Shown here one piece after another: positions 34,501 through 46,500 of a stretch of 64,000 nt of DNA. The stretch spans positions 3,348,001 through 3,412,000 of the forward strand of contig NC_047077.1 in assembly GCF_902459465.1 (NCBI RefSeq). Reading direction: 5' to 3'. A program made the translations under genes and the position numbers. This DNA is from Asterias rubens (Eukaryota). Within the stretch, counting starts at the first letter, position 1, and every line of letters begins with the position of its first letter. The notes beneath the pieces were generated by a model that did not search any database, was not told the DNA's origin, and saw nothing but the letters and a program-made list of their open reading frames with translations.

Positions 34501-35776
34501 ATTGTACCCGCGGCTTATTGCTTTATTCGAACTACCTGAAACTCTGTCCCAAAATACGGCGAACTGTGTTGATTTCTTCTGATAGCGCCCTCTTTTGACT
34601 AAACCTCCTCCAGCCCTTATTAATTTTCTACGTGGACAGAATCTCAGGGGACAGATTTCCCTACACCAGCGATCGCGATAAATAAAATATTCTAAAATAA
34701 TGCCTCACTATATCATAAACGCTTTATACATTGTCAATAAAAACCAATTGTAGCATTTATACTTTGGCATTACAGGAATTCAACTTGGATCCACCCTCTT
34801 TCGACAGCGAAATCTTGATGAGAAGATTCGGGGGAAGACAAAGTTTGGCTAAAAAAACCAATAGGTTTTCGGCTGATGGCCGAACACCTAATTATGACAC
34901 GAACTTGGCCTATATTCTTTCTTATGAAGCCCTTGTCTAAACCACCGCTTGGCCTTGGGGTCCGGCCTAATTACAACCCCGTAAGCAACGCACTTTCGTC
35001 TCTGTTTCATTGTCCAATCAAAGTTTTCCCCAATTGAGAGAAATTCAATAGCTTACGGTAATTTGTTGTCGATAGTTTTTTCCCCGTTTTTTTTTTGGTT
35101 GGGTGAGGGGGGGGGGGTGTTGTTGGTGATGTTTGTTTGTTTGTTTTTGCTGTTGTGAATTTTTCGAAATTGCTTGGAGGGGCGTCGACACGTTTCCTTG
35201 TTTCCTTGTTTCGCCGTGTTATGACATGGGTTTACTATAAATCCGTAATTCTCAATGTCGAGAATTTATAATTGTTTTAATGTTTTCTCAAAAAGTAAAG
35301 CATTTCATGGAATAATATTTCAAGAGAAGTCTTTTACCATTACCTTCTGTAAACCTTGTAAGTTATTTGTAAATATGTGAACTTTTTTTTCTTTTCTTCT
35401 GTACCGAAAGTGTATAATGGCTTTAATGTTAGTCCACAGTTCCAGAATGTCATCTACTGGTTTATGTTAGTCAAACTAGAATTAAATTCACCAGACACAT
35501 TTCGCCATTTGAGAAATTATTAGATTAATGGATGCAAATCTTTATTTCCAAGCGCAAGAAGTTGTGTACATTTACAATTATAGAGAACCAAAAACTTATT
35601 TTATCTTTTGTTATAAAAATGATCAAGAACACAGGTATGTCAATGGCTTGATGCACGCTGACTAATGTATATACAGTACAAAGCTAATATTATTAGAACG
35701 CTGTGTATAAAGTAAGCAGACATGTTGAAGGTGATCAGCAGCAAATGTATATATGCAAATAATCAGTTAATAACTA
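31572..35776 (+). repeat. Direct tandem triplication of a 1.4-kb unit
   Basis: Units start TACAGCATACAAAGTC at 31572, 32974 and 34374; near-identical with small SNPs and indels. Confidence 0.95.
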
Positions 35777-38700
35777 ATGACTTTAAGATTGTGTTATGTC
35801 AACAACGAATCCACACCACACAACAAACCTCACTGGTGAGGCAACAAACACTTTTCTCAAAGTAGTTCAAAGAATTTGCAGTACAGAATAGCTTGAAGTA
35901 GTGAACTTGTCTGCATTTTAAGATGTTGATTTCTTATTGAGAAATGTGAAAACTACATGTAACGACTTATGACTTTACTGTTGTAATTTTTCATCACTTG
36001 AGAAGTTTGTTTAAAGTGGCGTAGAGATGAATAATTTATCCAAATATCATCCATTATAAATTATTGGTTTTTTTTTCTTCTTTTCTTTTTCTTCTTTAAA
36101 ATGTATTTCATATCCCCCCTTCAAAACATTTCTTTGGTATTAAGAAGGCCAAGAGGTCTGACTCTGGTTAGGTACCAACCATTGATGGCGAACCTCACAT
36201 TAGGTAAATGGCATGGTGCCATTGGTCACCAATAAGCCAAACTTGTTTTGTATTATTACTATTGATTACATTCAAATATTGAACTGCCATGATGTTGCTG
36301 TTGATTACAAACGATATGGATTTTCTTCATGTTTCTTTCTAATACTAATAAATATACATGTTTTTAAGCGTAAAAGTAATTACTTATTTAAAACCACTAT
36401 GAAAACTTATTTTTTTTTAAACCATAATGCTCAAACATCAAAATACTTTCTAGATGAAATTGACAGTGTTATGTACATAATTCTACGCTCCCTGCAAGTA
36501 ACTCATTTTACCTGTTTATTATGTTTTAAAAAAATAACTGAAAATATAGAAAACCTGCCTGATAAATCACTCTCTTGAGCAAGCCTGTTGATGTGTTAAA
36601 TTTGATTCTGTTTCATTCCCCACAATTATTTATTCGTAAACATCAAAACTGTAGTATCTCCCTCTGAAGAGAGAGCCTGAACAAAAAAAACAAACGAACA
36701 AAACTATTAATCATGTCATAATTAGTTCTTAAATATATCAGCCGAGGAAAAAACATATTCTACGTGAATGGTTAAATATGAATGTCCAAGTGAAACTTAC
36801 AAACTCTTAATTAATTTAACAATACTGTTTTTGTTTTAAATTCACAATCTTAGTTATTTCATAAGGTGCAAGTTTACTTCTTGGAACAGCAAAGACACTA
36901 GCCTGGTATAGTCCACCGTATTGTTTATCACATGTAAACTAGCCTGGTATAGTCCACTGCATTGTATATGACATGTTAACCAATTTAACCTCTTTAGTGT
37001 ACAGGGTTAGTTAGTAGGTTCTCCTATAACATGGAATTCAATTTATTCATTAAAAAATACATAGTTATATCTAAGCAAAGCAAAACTCTATACAAAGAAT
37101 GTTAGTATTAATAAGTATAGGCCTAAAGTTGTCTATTTCATATCATGGTAAATATTGTACACAGCCAGACTGCTTGAAAACGATTGATGAGAAACCCTTA
37201 TATTGACCATATATTATTTATCAAGTATGTAGCTTTACTAAATCAGGTGGAGTTATTTGGAAATTTCATACCTTTATGTTTTTCCTTCAGAGTTGAAATA
37301 GAGTCAATAGACTTTAAAGGGTTTAATTAATGTCCAGCCACAATATTGGCTATTGGAACTTGATTACAGATTCTTACACGTCATTCATTCAAGGAGTTTC
37401 TCTATATTAGAAAGTAAGGTGGGCAGAACATGGAAGAATCGACAGTCTAAATGCAACTACCATGACAAAAATAAACACATCTTGTTGTAAAAATGCAGAC
37501 TATTTGGCACCACGATTGTTGGCAGACCATACAATGAGAAATTTCAAGGAACGTTTTTTTAACATTATTAATAATGAAGCTTTTATACAAATCCTCAATC
37601 AGGCACTGTTTATTTATTCTTGAGGGCTGACTGCCAAACTAAGAGGCAAGGTTTCATTTGATAAGGTTTCATTTTTATCTCCTTCAGATAGTGGGTTTTT
37701 CAACCCAGTTACAGGAACCAGGACATTTATATCAAGGTACAATAAACATGTCCCAACCAACAACCAATAACACACAAGTTGCGGTCATCATGTTGAACGA
37801 TAACCATGTAATTGATCCTAGCTTTCCTGGTTTGTCTGTTCTGATGGTAGGTATTCAACCGACAAACATGAGCACTGTAGGGGCTTCAGAAAATTGCATT
37901 TCTGGTTCCGTTCATTGAACACAAGTCATTAAACCCACTGATCAAAGCACCAGGGAAAATTATATTACTCTGGTGTACTACTAAAAGACTTGACAGTCCA
38001 CAATACATAATTTATGTTTATTTAGGCATACAAATGCCACGCAGAACTTGTGACTGCGTAGAAGCCAAGACCAAAAATCCATATAAATCTGTGATAACAG
38101 TGATTTTTCAAATGAAATTGCTTGATGTAAACCAATGTAAGGGTTGTAGTAGTACCCGTCATCTGTTAGGTTGGTAATCAGCCCCTAAGTTTATTCAAGA
38201 AGTTGGACGCATACAATGATGATACTTACAATCACACACACACTCTCTAACTACATGTACATCATTAAAACAGTCAATTCATGACAGGCTAGTCCTTCAC
38301 CCTCCTTATGACTGGTCATTAGACATGATCTACTCTCACAAAATAGCAAAACACTTGAGTAAAGACAACATCTTACTCCAACTGTCAGTCAAATGCCAAA
38401 GATGAGAAAAGCTTGATGTGAGCTCATAAGTGACAAATCCAGAAGGGCATGTCTGCTGAAGACATTTGTAAGACTTTGCTGACATTTTGTGTGAGAAGCT
38501 CAAGTCTGGTGAATGGACCCTGGACTAAGTACTCCACCATGCAGAGAACTATCTAGGTCTGATTAGTCAGTCAATTATCCTGCTAACGGTACCCAAAGTA
38601 GGAGGGCTCAATAGAGGTAAATATCAAACTAATCATAGTAAACTTAATAAACAAAAAAAGTAATAATACAAAAAATGACTATCCATTCTCACAAAAATAT

Positions 38701-39214
38701 AGCAAATTTTTCCTGATAAGCCAGACCGACATTTTATCTGCCCCCCAATGCTTTGCCCAGCACTTAAAAACTTAAAGATATACAACAATTAAACAAGTGC
38801 TGAAAAATTATTGCCCTATGAGAATTAGGAATTCTGTTTGATAAACTTCTTAAAATGAGGAAAAAGTTTTTCAGAAAATGTTTCAAAAAATCTCAAGAGA
38901 AAGTTAATATGTTTTAAGAGTTGAAGGTTTTTAATACTCTGCAAATTAGATGAAACTGTGCTGTAATTGCTATGCAATGTATAGACCTTATAAATGCAAG
39001 CTCATCCGAGACAACAAGATTATTATACAAAATAGTGGGATGACTCTAACATTAGATTTGCATAAAGATTCACAAACCCAACCGTTATTGCCAGTTCTGA
39101 GTAGACACCTTTTGATGTTAATTAAAGTCCTAACACGTTTATCTCGCTTCAATCAATAATTTTGAATTCGGTTGGTCAGAATCTGTAGCTGGAAATGAAA
39201 CTCAAAAAATGGTT

Positions 39215-39330
39215 TTAAACCATTGGTTCTTTTCAGAACCACCCCAACTCATTTAGAGATAGTCATTACATGGTGTTACCGCAAACCTTTCCATATCGTA
39301 TTTTCGCCATGCAAAGTTTCAAATCCTACT
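39215..39330 (+). mobile_element. Penelope-like end fragment (no ribozyme part)
   Basis: Matches the 550-665 segment. Confidence 0.5.
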
Positions 39331-40422
39331 TAAAAATGGTTTGGTTGTTCATACAAAACCCTTTGACTTTCCAAGGTGCCTCATACCGAATCAACATGAG
39401 CAATTGAATATCCACATCAGTAACTCTAAACAGTTGGCACACACCTGAAATACATGTATGTGTAGCTGATCAAGAACTGAACTGTGGGGTGGATGTCATC
39501 GCATGCATAAGGTCTATACTGTACTACTACGATGTACGTAGTAGATAGCTGATCATTGAAAGGTGTAGTAGGATATATATTTATAAATCTACGTAGTTCA
39601 ACACTGCGGCGAAAAATACTACGTTATTTTCATTACATCTTTTAATTATTAATACAAAAATTGACTTATTTTAGGTCCAACTAATCTATTAATAGTCTAC
39701 ATGTACAATAAATCTGTGTTCAAATCCATTCTGGTCTTCACATGACTTCTTCAACAAAAATAAATAAATAAATAAATAAACAAAAAATAAAAAATCATTG
39801 ATGCTTTTCATTGGCCCAGCCAGCAACTGGAAAGATATTTAATTTACTACACATGATAAATTCAAACCATGATCAGAAAGACAACTAATAAAATAAAAAG
39901 TAACAACAACAAAAAAGACATACAAAAAATAGGGAGAGAAAGAAAAACAAAAGAATATGCTAGATCTAGGAATAGAAAAACACCTACTATTAAAAATATT
40001 TCCCCAGCAAAGTTTAAACACAGTCATAGTTTATTGTCTCACAGTTCCAAACCTCTTGTTAAAAACAACCTTAGACCCAAACCCAACACTTTCCCCTCTT
40101 CTCTTGTTTTCATTTATCACATAAAAAAGCACCACATTCAATCAGTTATTCCAGGCAAACAAAATCGAAGATTGAATGAGACAGAAAAAAACCCAGCTAC
40201 ATTTTTTTTGAATTTACGACAGTTTTTGTACAAAACACCATATATTTCACAGCCCAGCAACCTTTTTTTAAAAACACTGTTTGGGGCCAGCACCATAGCA
40301 GAGAAAAGCAAACCCCTCATCAGAAAATAAATTCCTTCATAAATAAAGAGGTAAATGAAGAAGGAAACTGAAGTAAAAGAAAGCAAACCGAGCTGTAAAG
40401 ACTGGTGCTTAAAGTTTGGACT

Positions 40423-40589
40423 CTATGCATAGAATTCCTTGGTGTCTTTCCAGTAGGCCGTTGGGTCCTTGACTTTGTGAGGTTCATCCAGTGAATAACT
40501 TCCCTCGTCCTTCTTCTTAACACGATAGATGAGGAACATCGTAATCAGAACGATAGTGATCAATGTCAAGACAACTGCACCAACCAAAG
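40423..40589 (-). CDS. SDC: Syndecan last coding exon: TM plus cytoplasmic domain
   Basis: (A)LVGAVVLTLITIVLITMFLIYRVKKKDEGSYSLDEPHKVKDPTAYWKDTKEFYA*; ttttcttcttgacag acceptor. Confidence 0.97.
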
Positions 40590-43500
40590 CTGTCAAGAAG
40601 AAAACAGGAAGTGATGAAAAGAAGGTTACTTTTATAACTCTTGTCTTATCTTCTCAGGAATTCTGCCTACGAACTTATCTCAATCGACGAATATCAATCG
40701 ACGTGTGCCACTTTATCAGTAATCTAATGTTCAGACTGGTTCGCCTGGTCCATAAGGCAAAGGTTTTATTTACCTCTGTGGAACCAAACAACCCATAAGC
40801 AGATTGCTTATTGGTCCAAACCAGCCACAAGCAAGATTGCTTGCGGCTGGTTTGGTTGCACAGCGATGAATACAACAGACTTGGTTATGGTTTGAAGTAA
40901 CACAAATTGCCTCAGAAGTATTTGTAGATTTTGAAAGAAGACGTGGTTAATGTATATTTGGTTTGCAGTAACACCATGTGTGTATCTACCATACCTCACT
41001 ATGCAATGCCTAAAATCCTTTACATTGTTAATGGTTATTGATAAGCTGAAATAAGTTTTAATACTGAATGGAATGTGGCCATCAAACAGGCTTGAGATAA
41101 GGAGGAATCTCAAGGAGATCTGCATCGAGCTGCTCAGCACAAAAACAAGCTCAGCACAACAAAATTCAACCCTTTCAATTCCGACATCCATGTCATTAAA
41201 AACCTGTTGGCGATCCAAACTTTTGGTTGACTCGCCCTGCGAGGGTTAAAGCATTTATAGGCCTATGGCCTCTATTATAATTTTAGATTTAAAAAAACAG
41301 TTTTTGTAAATCTGTTGTAACGGTGGGATTGATGAAAATTCTGACATATCTGTCTAATAATACTAAGCTTCACACTGTCAATTTGCCAATACATTACACA
41401 TTTTTTCAAAAATTAATGATGGTTAAAATAATCGAACCCATACTATATGGCATATAGTATCTCCTTTTTACCGATATTAAGGGGCTCTTTGCTGCAGTTG
41501 CGTCGCTGATAGTTGTCATCGGCAATCTGAGTCTACCAGGTAAAAGACCGCAAGACTAAACTAATGTAGCGCCACTCATTTTACTCTAAATCACGGACAA
41601 TTTATACGTCAAAAAACAAAACGTACACTGCTATAACTATAAGCACAGAATGGCGCAATGTATCATAAGTTTGCGATGAACTTTTACTTTGCGACCACTA
41701 ACATGTCATCGCAAGATTGTCATCACTAAATAAAACTTTGCGACGAGTATATTCATCGTTAAGTTTTAGTGAAATCGTCGGCTAAAAATCCATCACTAAG
41801 TTGCGATGGATTTTAGATTTAGCGATCGATTTCGGCGTTTGCGATGACCAAAACGCGTTAGTGAAATCGACCCCTGGACTGGGTTTTTTTTTCACATAAG
41901 TGCCCATTACTGCAGGCAATTGCCTTGCCCCTTTCAGAGCAAAGTTCAAGGCCTGTGATGGATGAGGGGTTTAAGGGATAACTCACCTGCTAAGAGTACT
42001 GGACTACCAAGAACCATTTTAAAGAAGCCCTGTTTCTCTTTCTTATCTTTGACCTCTAGTTTGTTGTTGTGTACATTGTTACCAATCTCATTGGACATGG
42101 TTGTGCTCATGACTGGCTTCATTGGGGGTGATGTATCAAAGAATATTTCATTGTCGGTCAGGCCGTTGTTGTTATCAGGAGATACTGATGTTGGCATGTC
42201 AGGGGTAGGGTTAGACTTCTGTAAAGTCAAAAGAAAAGCATGGTTAGTTTTTAAGGGAATACTTTCACTTTAAAGTGAATGATGACTGGTAGTTCCTACT
42301 AGGTGTTTAGTAATTTGTCAGGCATGATCTTTGAACCTAGAAAATTTAACATTTTTAAGTGTTGGTTTCCATTCATGCATTGGTCTATCTTTCTATACAC
42401 CTGCCACTTCTAGCCAGAACAGGAAAACAAGGTCAATTTCCATTTCAAATGTTTATAATTTGAGACCATTCCTGATATGCTGAACCTATTTTCAGTCTAC
42501 CACATTTCAGTATCTGTTGTCCTAATTGCACACAGTTAACTTTACTATGGTTTCTGAGTGCTGGCTCAGTCTATAGTAAAACAAAATAATAATGAAGACT
42601 TATAATGTGCACATATCCACCCTGCTGGGTAATCAAGGCGCATGATGCCTGATCATTACTTACATTAGGTTTGCCTGGTTTCTTTGTGGGCTTCACAGTT
42701 GAAACATCAACAGCGTCTGTGGGAGTAATGAAGTGCAAGAAATAACAGTTTTAGTAATTGTATATAGAAGTGTCATGTACATATTCACAATGATAGCAGG
42801 CCTGTGTGCTTCGTTTTTGAAAGGGCAAGGGCACCAATGCATTTTCTCCTTGATGAAGGGCACCCTTTGAAGAAATTGTCAGCTGAGGTCTCCAATTCAA
42901 GCATCTGAAAACACACAACTTGGGCGACAAGGGTGTTTTTTTTTCTTCCATTATTCTCTCGCCACTTTGACGACCAATCGAGTCCAAGTTTTTACAGGTT
43001 TGTTATTTTATGCCTATGTTGGGATACACCAAGTGAGAAGACTGGTCTTTGTCAATTATCAATAGTGTCCAGTGCCTTTAAAGCTAGGGGTGAGAGTTGA
43101 CAGAGAGAGAGAGAGAGAGAGTGTTACCTGAGCCAGTTGGTGTTACCCTGATGCTTCTCTTGTCTACAGTAAGAGATGTAGTACTGTCACTCAATGTGTT
43201 TCCAGCCAGTGTGCTTTTAATAGCACTCTCTACATCAGATGCAACGGCAGTTGTGTCCTCACTAAATGTAATCTCTGTTGTGACAACAAGACTCCCATCA
43301 GTGATTGAGACTCCAACACAATCCTCTGCTTGGCTGGTTAGTTCATTTGTTCGCAAGGAGGCTAGGAGCTAAGTAAGAGAAAACAAGTCAGACAAATCAG
43401 AAGATTATCAGAAGAACCAAAATAGAAAATGTAGCATGAATCTCATCATCCAAGCCAAAAAAAAAAAAAAACTCAGCTTAACCATTAAGGTCTACCCCCA

Positions 43501-46500
43501 TAGCTTAACTGAGTGAAGTTTGGTTTAAAATTACCAAATTTAAATAGGTATGGAAACATGACTAAATCACCAAAAAAAGCTACTTTGCTCATTCCATGAA
43601 AATTCAAAAGTAAGTAAGATGTAAATGAAAAGAAAAAAAGATTCCTATACTTGTTTTTGTTATAACATATAAATTATCAATTAAAACCCACAGGGAAACT
43701 CACTGGGTAAATTTTAAAATGATTTTGAGGGTTGAACAAAGAATTGTCTCGAGTGGGATTCGAGCCAACGACCTCCGGAATAACGTGCCGGCGCTCTACC
43801 AACTGAGCTATCTAGCCCTATGTTGGTGATCCCCTGACTGCCGCTTCCCAGGTTGTATCGTAATTTGGGTGTGACTCTTGGCTACATGGTAGTTAACGGT
43901 TGTATGGTTTCTGACTGGCACCCCCTACCATGGATATCGACAAAATAGAGACACGGCCAATATAGGGCTAGATAGCTCAGTTGGTAGAACGCCTGCACGT
44001 TAATCAGGAGGTCGTTGGTTCGAATCCCACTCTAGTCAATTCCTTGTTCGGCCCCAAAAATCAGTGAAGTTTGACTTCAAATCATTTCTCGATCATTAAA
44101 ACAACTTGGAGAGACAACAAATGACCAACAAGTTATGGAAACATGACTAAATCACCATAGTAGCTACTTTGTTCATTCATTGAAAATTCCAAAGCAAGGA
44201 AGATGTATGTCAATACATTAATTGTTTCTATAACAACATTTAATTTAAAAAGATCATATTTGTAGTAGGGTAGATAATCTTAAGCCATAGACTTACAACA
44301 GCACAGACTGTGTCAAACACTTCCAGTGACTGTCTTGATTTAGGATCTGCATGTGCCGGCTCAAACACTGCCTTCTTGTCACCAATCTTGTTAATCCTGA
44401 TGGTGTTATCAAACTTGGGCTTGGCTACAACTACACCTGAAATGACAACAAAAATAAGCAATTGTTATTAAACTAGGTATTGATTAAAACAGGTTGAATA
44501 GGTATTGATCAATTATAAAAAAATACTATGATCATTTAAAACAAATTATAACCCTTTTTACTTATATTTTAACGTTCAACTACAATAAGGGAATCAATGT
44601 GTGGTGAAGAGGTTTTCAACTAGCACGACTAGTGGTTTAAACCCGCGCCGAGGCCTGGACTTGATAGTTTTACCGAGACGGAGTCGAGGTAAATTATTAA
44701 CTACCAGGCCTCGGCGGTTTTAAACCACTAGTTGAAAACCGATTCAACACACTTTGATTCCCATTCATAAATACCTTTTCGGTCAAAAAACATCAACACT
44801 TTTTGGTCAAAAGGTAAAATAAATGCAAAAATTATAATTGTTTAATGATTTCTTTCAACACAACACCCCTCCAGCTTTGAAAATGTCAGGCCCTCCGCCG
44901 CCCTCGGGTAAACAACTCCTTATAAGGAGATGCTGTGCGCATCGCGCTTATCGCGTGATGTTGCACAACTGTTTCAGCCGTTGCTCTCGATCAAAAGGAA
45001 CAAAGAAAATGTCTTATACGCACGTGTCACGCCCGTGTTTCAACACTTTTTACTGGTGTTATATCATCTGTCTAAGGTATTTATGAATGTAGTCTAATAT
45101 AAAATGGCATTCAAACTAAAACGATGACTGCAAGTTTTTATTAAACTAGGTTTAATCAGGGATGACTCCAAGTTTTTAATTATTAAACTAGGTTTAATCA
45201 GGGGTTGATTAAACTAGGTTGAAACAGGGATTGATTAAACCAAGTTGAATCAGTGATTGATTGAACCAGGTTGAATCAGGTACATGACTAAACTGTACAT
45301 ACATGATGGTGTACATGTACATTGAAACGATATAATAGATGTTAAATTTGCATCAGCGATAAAGAATATTAATTTTGGTTTTTTACCCATACACCGATGT
45401 GTGTTAGCACTGTTTACTCAGTACTTTCCCCCGAGTCCTGTGAAAATTAATGTACATTGAAGTTAATAGTTAGTGGCAGTACATGTAGATGTCTAATCTG
45501 ATGTTGGTTGCTCAGGAACTTCCTCCTATTTTAATTTATCATAATGAGACATTGTCTCAGAAATGTTTTCATAACGATTCGGTATGATGCAGTGGCTATA
45601 AAAATAACGGATATAGCGCTGGTACCAAATCTGACAATGTTTGTTTATGTACATTGTATTTTAGCGTCACACATTCAACCTTGACTTAACCCTTTTCAGT
45701 ACCGAAGTCACATACTCCAGTACCCTGGGGACCATGTTTAGTTTAGACACTCCTACTTTCAATACTAACCGAGCACAAACATAAACTGTACATATATTGA
45801 TATGACCATCATGTACATACAAATCTTAAAGTCTATGGGGAACTTTTGAAGGGGCACCAAGGCCAAGGCCAAGGCCTCCCTGGCCTCTGAGTAATTACAG
45901 GCCTGCACTGTACTGGTTTGTAAGTTGCCCCATGACAACAGAATGGAGGAAATACATGTACATACAATTCAAACCGTACTTTTTGTAATGTTCATCTTTT
46001 GACTGCAATACAAGTTAATGTTAACTTATTCAGCTGTTTATCATAGTACTGATTTATTCATGAAGGATGACAAAAGGTTCTTGTTACAATGTATGTGTGA
46101 TTGAGTAGTGTGTATAGAAGGTTGTATGTAATTGGTCTCTCCTGCAGTTGTCTAGATGTGTCTTAGACACGAATGATATGTGCAAGTTTGGAGGTTGGTG
46201 GAAAATCTTACTGTATACATAAATCCCTTCCGACTCCCAGTTATCAAAACCAAGTCATATGGTTCCTGATCTTTTTGATACTTTGTAGCAGTCTTTCAGA
46301 GGTTTGTTTCAAAAAAACCTGGTGAAAACATATCTGTTTACTTTGTACAATCAGTGATTTCCCTTACAGCGCAAACATGAAGGTAGGTACCTCAAGGTGA
46401 TTTCAATGATGCCCTTTATAAGAATGGTTTTATTATAAATATCATTATCATCAATCTGTAGCTAATAAGTTATTGTGTCTTTCCTGTTATGGCTTTGTTC

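Noticed and set aside
33331-34940. Repeated ORFs MSIKT...EFNLDPPSF in the tandem units
   Set aside because: TTG-started, short, and repeated only because of the triplication; no coding evidence.
43966-44038. tRNA gene call (also 43745-43817, about 52079-52150, 13055-13120 and 6864-6950)
   Set aside because: Mispaired anticodon and T stems, no U33, and embedded in multi-copy repeats; these are tRNA-derived, not functional tRNAs.
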